From Felis catus (lineage: Eukaryota): DNA of 64,000 bases. The stretch spans positions 113,028,001-113,092,000 of the forward strand of contig NC_058368.1 of NCBI RefSeq assembly GCF_018350175.1, written 5' to 3'. The notes beneath the pieces were generated by a model, which worked only from the letters and a program-made list of their open reading frames with translations, did no database searches and was not told the origin of the DNA. Position numbers and translations under genes: made by a program. Below, one piece after another: positions 48,973 through 62,149 of the stretch. The stretch's first letter is position 1, and each line of letters starts with the position of its first letter.

Positions 48973-49811
48973 GTGATATTGTGATTTATAATAAGAAATA
49001 TATATTAGGTCCTTGTCCACTGTTCCTGCCGCAGAGCTCCTAAAAACCTTGGCATTTGCTAAGTAATGAGAGTGATGATGGTGTCTTTCCTTAGGTTAAT
49101 GAGGTGACTTTTGGCCTGCACCTGAGATTAAGGATCTCCAGCCTTGCCCTTTCCCCAGAAGTCTGCGGGTGGGACTGAGCGTTCCAAACCTCCAATCACA
49201 GGTTGCTTCTCCTGGCAACCAGGTGGAAGCCATCTCCATTGGTCATTGATGTAATCAATCGGGCCTATGGAATGAAACCGCCATAAAAACTGGGAGGTAG
49301 GTGGTGGGGAAAAGACAGGGTTTGGAGAGCTTCAGGGTGGGGAACGGGTGGAGATTCTGGAAGGGTGGCGTGCTCCCAGAGAGCGTGGAAGCTCCACCCT
49401 TCCCCACCCCCCACCCCCCCACCCACACACCTTGCCCTGTGCTTGTCCTCTACCTGACTGTTCCTGAGTTACACCCTTTTAACATAAACCAGGGATCTAG
49501 CAAATTAATTCAACTCAAGGAGGAGGTCATTGGAACGTGTTATTTGTAGCCAGGCATTCTGAGCCACAGGTAAGGACCCGGGCGTGAGCCTGGCATCTGA
49601 GGTGGGAGAGCGGTGGTCTGATAGGACTGGGCTTTTCTCCTGTGGGATCTCATGCTCTCTCAGGGGGGATAGTGTCATAATTTTGTTGAATTGTAAACTA
49701 CCCAGCTGCTGTCTGAGAATTGCTTGATGTTATGGAGGAACCCTGCTCCCCACTCCCCGCCACCCCCCCCCCCCCCCCCCCCCCCCCGCAGACCACATGC
49801 TGGAATTAGAA
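48973..49811 (+). mobile_element. MER21-like LTR with an internal micro-inversion
   Basis: GTGATATTGTGATTTATAATAAGAAATATATATT..CAGAGCTCCTAAAA..TAATGAGGTGACT..TAATCAATC..CCATAAAAAC. Confidence 0.85.
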
Positions 49812-50999
49812 ATCCTTTTAGTCACTGTCACAAGTGCAATTTGCTAGAACAGCCCTGGGTCACAGAAACGTGGTTTGGGAAGAGACAGGATGACAGGCTG
49901 GGGGATGAAGAACATTGGATTCCTGGATGGTCGTGGGATCACTTATAGTCTGGAGCATGAACTCCTGGACTCAGTTACTAAAAGTAAACGTTACCAGTGG
50001 AATTGAGAGAGGGAACCTGCTCCAGGAGAGGCGAGCCACTGGAAACGGAAGGAAATGCCAGACAAGAAGCTAAACATAAGGATGATCCTTTGTTTGCTGT
50101 TACTCACAGTAGCTAAAACAAAAGCAAACAGAAGTGCTGAGTTGGGCCTTGAGGCCGAAACCAAGCCCAGATTGGGGCCTGGGTGAGTTTGGAAAGAAAA
50201 GAAAGCAGTCACTGTAGGAGGAGGGCAAAACCCAGAAACTAATGAAACCAGGGCTACAGTGTGAAGGAACTGTGTCATTTGGTGGGTCGGGGGCATTAGC
50301 TTCCTGAGGAACATCTGGTAAAACGGGTTGTGAGCGGAAGAGCTGTGTGAGAGGTTTAGATGGCTGCTTTGTGCGGGAGCATGTTGCGGCCGATAGAGGA
50401 CCCCCAGCTCACAAGGAAACCATCATAGATGGCTACGTGCGATCCAGACATACAGGAGGCTGTTCTCTAGGGGACAGCGTGGGGTCTGTTTACTCCACGA
50501 AGGGGGACTGTCCGTCTCCCCCTGTGAACGCCCCAGGTGCGGCAGCTGATACAGGCTTCACATGTGAGCCAGGGGGGAGAGGCTTTAAGAATACTATGAT
50601 GGTCACCTGCGAAATATGCCCGTGACTCAGCTCATGGGACATGCTGTGGCTAAGGGGGCCCCTTTGGCCGGGGAACCCCCATATAGCCTTTTGTTGGCAA
50701 GCCTAGGGACCGTTCAGAAAAACTGCCAGTGGAGGGAAGGCCAGGCAGAGGAAAGGAGTCTTTGTCCTTTCAACCCCAGGAATCTCAAAACAGATGCGAG
50801 ATGAGCCCGGCCGTTGAGCATTGGGTAGAGTTGACTCCACAGGCTCAGGAGTGATAAGCATGAAAGGAGCCCTCAGAGATGCAGCCTTTCCGGTCCCTTA
50901 TGATAGCTCATCTGTGGAGAAAGGGAGGCAACGACACGCGTGTGTCTCATCTGCGCTGGGGTCTTTGGGCCCCCTGGCTGTAAGTCCCGCGGTGACTTT

Positions 51000-51130
51000 G
51001 TGTGGGAGGCATGTAAAATTGTCCGCGCTTCACACATGGGAAAACTGAGGCTGGAAGAGGTCCCATTTGAGGTCACACAGTTGCTAAGTGGCCAAGCCAA
51101 ACTTCAGGCCCCTCTGAGATTCCACAACCA
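51000..51130 (-). mobile_element. MIR fragment
   Basis: ATGGGAAAACTGAGGCT..AGGTCACACAGTTGCTAAGTGG. Confidence 0.65.
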
Positions 51131-51201
51131 GCTGCCCCTGATAACACCCACGCCTGACCCTACGCGTGTGCTCTTAATTTGCACAGTGCTCTCACATGAT
51201 T

Positions 51202-51393
51202 AAAAAAAAATTTTTTTATGTTGATTCTTGGGTGAGAGACACAGTGCATGGCGGGGCGGGGGGGCAGAGTGAGAGGGAGACACAGAATCCGAAGCAGGTT
51301 CCAGGCTCCTGCACAGGGCTCGAACCCACAAACTGTGAGATCATGACCTGAGCCGAAGTCAGAGCTTAACCGAGCAAGCCACCCAGGCGCCCC
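51202..51393 (-). mobile_element. Can-SINE with internal deletion
   Basis: Antisense body missing roughly 20 nt around the GAGCTGTCAGCACAGAGCC segment. Confidence 0.92.
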
Positions 51394-52361
51394 AATGATT
51401 TATTTAATGGAATCCTCATTCTGTCTGTTTTGTGAAGAAGAAAATAAAATCTCAGAGAAATGACATGCCCCATGACTCAGACCTTGTCTAGTGGGTGGCT
51501 GAGCTAAGATTCACGATTCAAACACACTTGATCCTGAAAACCCGGGAGCCTCTATGACACCACAAGTTTCTGTTTGGTGTCCCCACCAGCCATCGAGCTC
51601 TGAGGACTGAGTTTTCCTGGAAAAGCTCTTCTGCCTTCTTCCCACCTCAAGCTGGGTGTCACCTAAGCCCTGTCCCCATCTCTAAGCATCTGTCCTGTCA
51701 TAGGCAGTCCTCACCCGTAGGTCCGTAGGTACTGTTGCTGGTTTTATTATGCTGCCCTAGAGCATCTCACCTCCTTTACCGGGTTCTGTCAGGGGCGCCG
51801 TTAGGAACCAGTGTCCCTGTGATTTTGGCCAGAGCCCCTAGGCTTGTCTTGTTGAAAATCCACCCTGTCATTTCCCCTGCGAGCCTTTTCTCTGGAAAAG
51901 GAAAACCCTGGGGCATTCTTCTGTCCATTAGAGGGCTTGCCCAGGAGAGAGAAACACCTAACAGCAACAGGAACAGTATGGAAGGGTAGGACACACATCC
52001 AGAGGCAGGGTGGCAGTGAGGTCCATTCACTGAATGTGGCTTTCAGGGCAACTCCATGACAGAAACACAAGAGGCAACAACAAAGCTGGCATTCAAGGTG
52101 ACACAGGATCAAAGCCAGGGTTCGTGTTAATTGGGATTTTACCTGCTAAGCCCTGGACATGCTTCACTCCATGTAAACATCAAAACAACCCAGTGAGGGC
52201 AGAATTTTCATACTCCCGTTGTGTAGATGAGAAAACAGAAGCTTGGTAAGCTTGGGTCATTTGCTCAAGAGTTCGTAAGCCCATCAGTTCCCAACCACAT
52301 TGATACAGTACCCCTAAACAGGGGCTCTCAGAATCACCCATCCAGAGTTTGCTGATTTAAA

Positions 52362-52585
52362 TTTTTTTTTTATTTTTTTTTTAACGCTTATTTATTTTTG
52401 AGACAGAGAGAGACAGAGCATGAACAGGGGAGGAGCAGAGAGAGAGGGAGACACAGAATCGGAAACAGGCTCCAGGCTCTGAGCTGTCAGCACAGAGCCT
52501 GACGCGGGGCTCGAACTCACGGACTGTGAGATCATGACCTGAGCCGAAGTCGGACGCTTAACTGACCAAGCCACCCAGGCGCCCC
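52362..52585 (-). mobile_element. Can-SINE inserted in the tail of the adjacent SINE
   Basis: Full antisense body. ATTTAAATTTTTTTT is duplicated on both sides. Confidence 0.95.
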
Positions 52586-52592
52586 TAATTTA

Positions 52593-52798
52593 AATTTTTT
52601 TTTAATGTTTATTTATTTGTGAGAGAGACAGAATGAAAGTGGGTTAGGGGCAGAGACAGGGAGACACAGAATCCGAAACAGGCTCCAGGCTCTGAGCTGT
52701 CAGCACAGAGCCTGATGTGGGGCTCGAACCCACAAGCCGCAAGATCATGACCTGAGTCAAAGTCGGATGCTCAACCGGCTGAGCCACCCAGGTGCCCC
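52593..52798 (-). mobile_element. Can-SINE
   Basis: Outer TSD AGTTTGCTGATTTAA at 52346-52360 and 52803-52817 encloses both SINEs. Confidence 0.94.
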
Positions 52799-54057
52799 CC
52801 AAAGTTTGCTGATTTAATAGGTCTAGGTGAGACCTGAGGATTTGCATTTATAACAAGTTCCCCAAGTGAGTTGGGAACTTGGACAACCACTGCTCCAGAG
52901 GCTAGATGGCTAATGAGTAGTCAGCTCAAAACCAACCCAAGGGCATGGCAAAGGGGATTTGTTCGCTTTAACGTGTATCATCTTGCGTTTGGGGTGCCCT
53001 GGGCTGGTGGTAGCAGCAGCTGATGCTGACCTTGATCGTTTCCCTCATGGCTGGCTCCTGTGGAGAAGGCAGGGAGGTGGGCTCTACACTGTTGAGCCTT
53101 AAAAGGGCCCAAATGGGACTCCAGTGGGCTGATCCACCAGAGCGACAGGCTGCAGGGGTTCTGCCTAACGGCAGGTGAGGGCTGGAGGCCAAACCAAGGC
53201 AGACGCAGCCAGCCATGCCCTGGACCAGCGGTAGCCAAATGCTACTCCTCATTTTGTCCAATCCACAAAAATCTCAATTGTGCAGCCCCGGAGATTTGGT
53301 TTCCTTGTCTCAGGATCAAGAAGCAAACACACTTGCCCTGCCTGGTGCTCGTAGGGCACGCGGCCTTCTCCCCACCCCTGCCCCACACACAGCCTGGCAG
53401 GAGAGGGTGACACTTGGCAGGAGGGAGAAAAGGAAGGACAAAGAAGCAGCAGCCTGGGGTGGTGAATGTGGGAGCTCAGAAGACCCCACCCCTTGTCCTC
53501 GGCCCTCCCGCTGTGTGTGGAGGCCTGGCCGAGGTTGAGTTGCAGGTGGTGGCAAGAGATTGAAATTCCCAGGAAAGGAACAGTAACCATTCTTTCCTGT
53601 GGGGCCGATTGCCTGTGTTCTGCTTCAGGTCAAGCTGACCCTGGGCTCTTAATGCGAACAGAGAGCCCGAAAGCAGATACACTGTATCTGCATGGGTTGT
53701 CCAGCTGGCGAAGGTGTCTGCTAAGGATGCTACACTCGGCATCTTCATTAATGGAGCAGTGTGAAATCCCGGAGCAGGGCCGTTGTAGGAGCTCCGGCTA
53801 AAAGCCTGTGTCGAAGAGTAATTGCTCTGTGACAGCCACGTGTTAACAGTTCTGGGGTTGCCTAAAGCTCAGGTGGAAGCCTGGCAGCCGGAGCCACGGT
53901 GGGTCGCAGGGCAACGTCCAGCCAGAAGACCTAAATGGTTTTCAAAAAGAGGTTTTAGTATATGAAACATGCCCTTGGATGGAGCCAGCTCTGTAGACTG
54001 AGAAGCAAAAGCCACAGTTCCATTTGTTTTATGCCCATCTGAGAGTCACAAAATTTT

Positions 54058-54252
54058 GTTTATTTATTTATTTATTTCAGAGTGAGCAGGGGAGGGGCAG
54101 AGAGAAAGAGGGGGAGAGAGAGAATCCCGAGAAGGCTCCGTGTTCTCAGTGCAGAGCCTGGCACGGGGGCTTGTTCCCAGGAACCATGAGATCATGACCT
54201 GAGCGGAAATCATGAGGCAGACGCTTAACTGACAGAGCCACCCAGGCGCCCC
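54058..54252 (-). mobile_element. Older Can-SINE
   Basis: TSD TCACAAAATTTT at 54046-54057 and 54253-54264. Confidence 0.93.
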
Positions 54253-54629
54253 TCACAAAATTTTTAAATCAAGGTCTAGACAAAGCAAAACGAAACGAAG
54301 AAGAAGGAAAAGCAGAAGAAAAGAGGAAGAACTACACGTATAATTATAGAGTTTGCACCACCAACTGCTCGGATCGAGCAAAACATTTAATCTCCCAGAT
54401 GAAGGGGAAACACTGGTGAACAAGGAGCAACAGAGTGACAGTTTTAAACTGACAGAAAGGGGAAGAGCGGTCAGGGCCCAGCAGGGAGAAGAGACATCCC
54501 CATTCACAGCAAGTCTTCCCTGTCTGGCCCAACTTGGGCCCAGGGGAAGAGCCCAGATTTCAGATTCCCAGGAGATAAGGAACGGACACAGAGGTACTAG
54601 GAGTCTGATGCCCTAATTAGCTTCTTAGA

Positions 54630-54794
54630 TGAGTGGCTTTTGGTCTTGGCTGACTATCAGAATTATCTGGGGATCATTTAAAATTCTTGACCCCAGACCA
54701 ATCAAATGAAAGTTGCTGCAAACCAGGCATCAAACATTTTTATGAGCTCTTCAAGCTTTTCAGTGGGCCACCATGGCTGATAATCCCTGCTCTA
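54630..54794. mobile_element. MER5-like hAT element
   Basis: AGTGG..CTTGGCTG..ATCAGAATTATCTGGGGA..CCCCAGACCAATCAAAT..CCAGGCATC. Confidence 0.55.
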
Positions 54795-55972
54795 AAATAC
54801 TCTTGATGACTTTAAATTTCCTGGGTGATTGGCAGATTTTGATAACCTGTTTTATGCCCACTAGCCATGAAGTCGATTAAGATCTGGCTCCAAATCCTCC
54901 TCATTGCCTGTTTCTGTTATTCTGTATTTTTGTTTAATTGAACTGATTTCTCACAATGAACTTGAACTGGAGTCAAGTAAGTAATTTATACTTAAAAAAT
55001 GAGTGAATACAATTGTGCAAGTATTTTCCAGTTCTCCCGGCATGTGATGTCTTCTAAGAATATGCTGACCTCGTATCTGACTTTTTTAACCACACATGCC
55101 TTTGCAAAATAAACTTCGACCCTAAAATACACCAGCAAGCCAAACGTTTCTTCTCCAATTTTTAGTCAGTTTCTTGATTTTTATCTGTAGCCTCCAAAAA
55201 GAAAGAAAAAGAAACCTTTTTGGAAGACCTGCCCCCTCTTCACATAACTTCTTTTTCTCCCTTTGGGTACATGTGATAATGTGGCAATTCTGATTTTTTT
55301 TTTTCTAAGAAAAAATTATACCAGACAGACAGGTCTTAGATAATTTTCCCCCCTTTACCACCAATCTCTTGTCCTATTTTTTTTTAAGTTCTTTTAGAAG
55401 TGCCTCTTCCAATCAAAGGAAGGCCATTTATTTCAAGATCTATAAATAGCTCTGGGTCTTTAAGATTCTTCTAGCACATTGTATTTTTCTCTCTGCAATC
55501 TTCATTTTCTTCCCAGTTTTCCCGTTCCTACACACCCTGAGAAATAATTCCCTGTGGGGAAAGCTATGACAAATGCACCAGAACAAAAGGGACCATGCCA
55601 AATGCCCAGAGGGGTCTTGATTACTTAGTGGCAAACAGCCAAGTGTCTTCCCAGCCCAGGTGTAGATTTCAGCACTGTAAGTTGCTATACGTTCCTAGGT
55701 AAGTATACATGTCACAGGTCTGGAGAAAACACTGCTGTTAGAAATGTTGCCAGTGGCCACGGCCATAAGCCAGTAGACAGACTATCCTATCTCTGCTTTC
55801 ATCTCTGCCCTGAATTTCTAACGCATCTTAGGGATCTAAGATCTAACGCATCTTGTTTATTGCTAGTGGAGAGAATCAAATTAGGTTTTTAAAAATCTCA
55901 ATGGATTTATCTTATTTCTGCATTAATATTTTTTTATCTTGATCTTATCTTGTAAACTATGTATATACTTCA

Positions 55973-56185
55973 GGGTGCCTGGGTGGCTCAGTAGGTGAAG
56001 CGTCTGACTCTTGGTTTCGGCTCAGGTCATGATCTCAGGCTCTTGGGATCGAGCCCCGAGTCAGACTCCGTGATGGGCGTGGAGCCTGCCTAAGAGTCTC
56101 TGTCTCTCTCTCTCTCTCTCCCTCTCCCTCTGCTGCTCACTTACACTCTCAAAAATAAATAAATAAATAAAAATACATTTTTAAA
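55973..56185 (+). mobile_element. Older Can-SINE
   Basis: GGGTGCCTGGGTGGCTCAGTAGGTGAAGCG head, CT region and (AAAT)n tail. Confidence 0.93.
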
Positions 56186-56262
56186 AAACCATGCATACTT
56201 GACTACGCCTTAGCCATGCTTTCAAACTTTCAACCACCTAATCTTTCCAAAACTTAAGATGG

Positions 56263-56996
56263 TTTTATTATATTTTTAGTGTTTTTATTTATTGTTTTGG
56301 TTTGAATTCAAGTTAGTTAATATACTGTGTGGTCTTGGCTTCAGGAGTAGAACCCAGTGATTCATCTCTTACATGTGACACCCAGTGCTCATCCCAACAA
56401 GTGCCCTCATCAATGCCCATCACCCATTTAACGCAGCCCCCTCCCCACCTCCCCTCCCGCAGCCCCCTTTGTTCTCTGTATTTAAGAATCTCTTATTGTT
56501 TGCCTCCCTCTGTTTTTATCTCATTTTTCCTTCCCTTCCCTTATGTTCATCTGGAGTGCTCAAACTCCACATAGGAGTGAAATCATATTACATGTACCTT
56601 TCTCTGGCTGACTTCTTTAACTTAGCATAATACCCTCTAGTTCCATCCATGTTGTTGGCAAATGACAAGATTTCATTCTTTTTGATTGCTGAGTGGTATT
56701 CCATTGTATACACATATATCCCACATCTTCTTTATCCATTCATCAGTTGATGGACATTTGGTCTCTTTCCATACTTTGGCTGTTGCTGATAGTGCTGCTA
56801 TAAACATGGGGGTGCATGTGCCCCTTCAAGTCAGCATTTTTGTATCCTTTGAGTAAATCCTAGTAGTGCAGTTGCTGGGTCCTAGGGTAGTTCTATTTTT
56901 AATTTTTTGAGGAACTCCGTACAATTTTCCACAGTGGCTGCACAAGTTAGCGTTCCCACCAACTATGCAAAAGGATTCCCCTTTCTCGACATCCTT
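56263..56996 (-). mobile_element. Carnivore L1 (L1_Carn-like), 5'-truncated 3' end
   Basis: TCAGGAGTAGAACCCAGTGATTCATC..CACCCAGTGCTCATCCCAACAAGTGCCC..ATCTTCTTTATCCATTCATCAGTTGATGGACAT. TSD AACCACCT(A/G)ATCTTT at 56232-56246 and 57000-57014. Confidence 0.92.
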
Positions 56997-58589
56997 GATA
57001 ACCACCTGATCTTTAGGAGTAGCTATTGACTGAGCAAAATATTTTGTTTCAGGGTTGAAATCAATGAATAATCTGGTAATATGTCTAGGAGAAAATTAGC
57101 CTACAGGAATCATGTTCATATCTCTATCTGACCCATCTTCTCTCCTTCCCAAGTCCAGGGTTCAATGGTCCCATGGGAAAAGCGCTAGATTTGGGGGAAT
57201 ATTTGTGTTTTGGTCTGTTCCATGCTCTTTCTAAAGGTGTATTGCTTTTTCAAAGAGGATTAAGAGTTCATTGTTGGGAAATTTTGTTCTGATTGTGTAT
57301 AATAGGGTAGGGTTGTTTATTTACCTCACTGTCTTCATTGTTGACCTGCCTCATGATGACTAACCAAGTCTGAAGGATGGAGAGAACACAGATATAAACA
57401 GGCTTGAGATTTATCAGCCGTCTCTCAGCCAGAGTGTTGAACATGTCAGTCCACCTCAAGCCCCTTGCTTTCATTCTAGAATTTTGTAACAGTATTTCTC
57501 AGGGAATTTGCAGTCTTCTGAATCCCCAGTTCTGAGAAAAATTGACCAAGAAGTCAGGAAAATGGGAAATAAGTATTACAAATCTCCTTTGAGATGTAAG
57601 CTTATCAAGTAACAGAAATGGTACTGGTTGGAAAGAAGCCAGTGACTTCAAGCTTCAAGCAAGAGCAGAAGCTGACAAGGAGAAAGGTTAAGGAGGACAT
57701 TTCTGGGAACCCAGATGATCACAATCTAATCTGTTTCTCTTGTAGCTGTTGCCGTGTTTATAAGTGGTGTCCCTGGCTCTGTCTGCTGCTAATGGTGAGT
57801 CATCCCTACGAATGAAATGAGCATGAATACGCTTAGGCACATAGTATGCTTTATACAAATCCGATGATGTTCCAAGAAATAATGAGTTTTACAAACAAAT
57901 TAAGTTCTTAAATTGGCAATTTTGACATGTGATTCTGTGTAGCATCATTAATCTTGGTAGGAGATCTGAATGCTACATTATTGGAATACTATCTTATAAC
58001 ATTTGCTGGCATTTTTCCAGTGTTTGAATATTGCTACAAGCTACCGTTCTCTGTAAAGCCATGAAATTTAAAATTTCCTATTCTTCTTATTTATTCTTAA
58101 GTACCCAACAGATTTTTTTCAGATAACCATAAGAGTGATGAAGGAGTATAAAGAATGTTGGAAGTATTTTAAGAAAAACCTGTGATTTCAGACATTCCAA
58201 GATTTCCAATTTCCAATTCCAGAAATTCTAATTTCTTCTTTTCAAGTCCTGCAGATGTTGAGGAATTTGAAGACCCTGCTCTCAATTTTATCTCCTAAAT
58301 TCCTTGTAGAGTCTGGTGCCTTATCTCTGCCCCTGACCCGAGCTGCCTTCCTGTTAGGGTTGGGCTGCTGGACCAGCGTTCTGGCAGATTCCCTTCAGTC
58401 CATTCTCTATACTGGAGCCAGAGAGACCTTAACAGTAATATAGACCTGTTCCTTTCATCCCTTCACACAAGGCATTTTAGTGGATGCCCACATGAAAAGG
58501 TACTTGATTAGTAATTGGGGGAATCAAAGTTAAAACCCCAATTAGAGATGAGTACACACTTAACAGATAGGCAGGAAGGATAAAGTCCC

Positions 58590-58725
58590 AGGTCAGTGAG
58601 GCAGGGACAGCATCTGGTTTTGACCCGCCATTTTCTTTATAAGCTTAACATAATGCCAGACAGTTAGTAGGTGCTCCATGCCCATTTGCGGATGGGTAAC
58701 TGAATGAATAAATGAATGAGAATGA
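58590..58725 (+). mobile_element. L2 3' end
   Basis: GAGGCAGGGAC..TAGTAGGTGCTCCA..TGAATGAATAAATGAATG. Confidence 0.6.
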
Positions 58726-59359
58726 CACATGCAGGAGGCTTCATGCCTGTACTACACCCATGGCCCCCACACCTGACAAAAGAGAGGATCCTGTGGGCGA
58801 TGTCCAAAGTGGTGTTTCTTCTGCAAGGCGGACAGTCAAGATCCCTCTCTTTTTCACCAATGCCTTGGCTCCTGTTATAGCAGTGAGATTGACCCTCATG
58901 AGGCCAAATTTTCCCTTGTGGAACATGGAGAGACTGCACAACAGACCTGGCGCTTCTTCCTTCCTTCCTTCTGAAAAATTATTCAACTCTATCAAATTAC
59001 ATAACAATCTATTCAAACATCACCTAACAGTAGCAATATCATTTCCTCCTGTTTTGCAGAATTGCAGTGGGACACAAGTGAGATAATGCACATAAAAGTG
59101 CTTCATAAAGCACAAAGTGTCATGCAACATTAATGTCTGACATTATTAAATTGGCCGCCTCTACTTTAAAAGCACATCCCTGTCCTCCTAACTTTGTGTC
59201 ATAGGCCCTGGGCTCAGCCTTCAGCCAACTTGAAGAGATCCTCTTTCTATCTGGGAACCCCTTCGTTCCTGGTTCTCTCTGCCATGGTTTGGGTGCCCTA
59301 TATTCTGGTACCTCAGTTACTTAATCAGGGCTCTCCTTATATCTGAGGGAAAATGTATT

Positions 59360-59540
59360 TTAGAATGAGACCCACCATGTTTTGAATTTTGACTTTGCAG
59401 CTTAGAATTTCCTTGACCCTTGACCAATTTCCTAACATTTCTGAACCTCGGTTTCTGCGTCTGTAAAATGGGAATGAAAATCTCTTCCTAACAAGGTTGT
59501 TGTGAGAATTGAATATAGCCCTATGCTCAAAGTAGCATTC
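59360..59540 (+). mobile_element. MIR
   Basis: TCTGAACCTCGGTTTCTGCGTCTGTAAAATGGGAAT..GGTTGTTGTGAGAATT. Confidence 0.75.
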
Positions 59541-61315
59541 TGACTATCTGGTTCATCATGAGTATAAGGTATACATGAGTTCCGTTCCATTTCCCTCTGA
59601 GTGATCTCACCTAATTGACAAGCTCATCTTCACTAATAAAAGAGAGCAAAAATCAGATTCTCTTGGGTTAGATGAAAGGTAGGAATATCAGGTTGGATAA
59701 AATAGTTATTAGTCCTTTAATAAAGCAGAGAGTTAGATATGTGGTCACATAAGCCCATCAGCCTCTCCCGATGACCGCTGAACCTTTTGGGCAATGGAAG
59801 GATTGGAATACCCAAGACAAGGAACTGACCAACTGAGCAGAGACTCTTGTCTGAAAGTATTTTCTGGGAACATGATGGTTTTCCAAGTCTCACAATCATG
59901 GCCAGCTAGAACTGGCTAATCCTAGCTTTGAGTGGACCACTTCAACACACTGTGGGAACCATGCCAACGATAATTGGATACCAGTTGGTCAAACCCGAAT
60001 CACCTATTCCCTAAGCCTGGACTTTCAGTCTAAGGAATCAACATCTTGAACCAAGACTTGCAATAGGAGTGACCTTGTCGGAGGCTCACTGTGAGAGTTT
60101 GTGTAAGACCACCTCTCACTGGGTCCCAGTCTACTTACCTATACACTGAACAGTTGGGGCATGTGCAGTCACAGGGCCCTCCCTAGTCTTGTGTCCTGTT
60201 GATCGATAGCGTAAGGCTCTGCCCATGGTAACTTATACCTCAGAATCAGAGAATATTTCCCTTGGTTTGAAATAAAAATCCTTCCTGCTTTCTTTGAAGT
60301 CTGTCCCTGTATTTCCCGTTCTTTGAATTGACAAGGAACGGTTTTTCACTGTTACCACTTTCCAGAACCATCCTGCTTCTGTTTTCTGATTTCTTTCTGC
60401 ACACTCACATGGAAGTTTCCAGCCTCGGCTCTGTGATCACCGGGGTGCCTGCTGCCAGCACAGCAGATGTGAGGTCATCCCCAAAATGCTTTTATCCTGT
60501 GCCCCGTGTCCATCGCTTTCACACGAACAAGTATTAGGTACACAATATGCAAGTTTGCTTTTCTCTGCTCTGACTCAATAGACGAGTGAACTTCTGTGAA
60601 CCAGAAGGTTCATAGTGAAGGTGGACTCTTCTGCCATGTAGTGCTAATCTTAGAGACTCAAGAGGCTTTGGCTATAACATCCTCGCATCGGAAATTTTCC
60701 AGGATACTCCCAATTTCAAAAATTACATCTTATTTCTAGTCAAGAGTTGTGAATTTCCATCCTGAAAATAGTCTTTGTAGAGAGGATTGAGAGCCGGAAA
60801 ACAGTGATGCAATTGACCTATGTCAGAGATATAAGTGCTGAGGAAGATCCATGCCGGCTGGTCAGGGCAGGATCCTCCTAGGCAGGAAGAAAGTATGCAG
60901 GCTAGCAAGAGCCTTTTCTCACCATGCTGTCATCCAACAAGGGGATGTGTGTGTGTTTTTTTGTTTTTTTGTTTTTTTTGGGTTTTTTTTGGTGTGGTTT
61001 TCCTGCCCTCTAGTGTCTCAGGGCGTTAAGAACTTGTTGAACCTAAAAATGCGTTCTCACTCACCACCATCCATAGATTTTATAGGGTCATAGAACACAA
61101 ACTATGAGAACTCAATGAAAAAAACATTAGAGATAATCTAGCACAGGGAGGATGAATCATTCATTCAGTCAGTGATAGCATAAGTTCATCTTCTTGTAGA
61201 ATAATACTATAGTATTGTATAACGTTAATTACATTCTTTGTTACTGAAATTACATTAATTTCTCTCTTGTCCCTGAGGACATAAAATTACATCTTTTTTG
61301 ACTGCAGAACCAGAA

Positions 61316-61526
61316 TTTGTTATTTTTTTGTTTGCTTATTTTTTTTTTTTAATTAGAGAGAGTGTGCGCAAGCAGGGAAAGGAGGGAGAGGGAGAGGGAC
61401 CATCTTAAGCAGACTCCGCGTTCAGTGTGGAGCCGGATGCGGGGCTCAATCCCATGACCATGAGATGATGTTCTGAGCCAAAATCAAGAGTCAGACCCTC
61501 AACTGACTGACCAACCCAGGCGCCCC
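61316..61526 (-). mobile_element. Older Can-SINE
   Basis: Antisense body ending CCCAGGCGCCCC, with a T-rich tail. Confidence 0.92.
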
Positions 61527-62149
61527 TCCAGAGCCATAGTTCTTAATTCAAACTGTGTAGGAAAGACTACCAGCTCCTCGTCATGTACGACTCCACTCTG
61601 AGTACTTTGCAGAGTTTGGCACGTGTTAGGTGTCCAGTCAGTATTTGTTGAATTAACAAATGCATCAGTGGCAGAATATTTTGTCAAAATATTAATTGTG
61701 GTGTCTTTGTGATTCTCATTGTTGTACTCATTGTAAGCATTTTATTGAATGAGCATAATTTAGCAGGGTATGATCATGAAACAACTCCCAGCTGCTGCCT
61801 GTTCAAACCTGCTTAGTGGGTAGTCGTTTTCCCCCCTACGCATTGGTTAAATCAAGGGTAGGTCTCAACACTGTTGCGGTACTTTCCGATATAAAAACGA
61901 CCTCTGGTCACTTTTAAACACAGTGATTTAATTTTCCAATCACTTGAAGGTGGATTCCTCCAGTGTTGCGGTGCTAATCTCAGATAGGGGGATAGGATAA
62001 TAATGAGGTACCAATTAATCTGTCAATTTGGCAAAGATAAAAGCATATAGTAGTGAATTTCTGCCTCTGGAAATATCAAAGTAGGGTATTTCAGATTGAT
62101 CCTTTTCCCACCCTTAGAAAGGCTGAAAAAAAAATACTGGAAGAATAAT

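Larger units (their letters stand above)
52285..52892. mobile_element. MER5A-like hAT element split by two SINEs
   Basis: CCCATCCAGAGTTTGCTGATTTAA|TAGGTCTAGGTGAGACCTGAGGATTTGCATTTATAACAAGTTCCCCA..AACCACTG. Confidence 0.7.
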
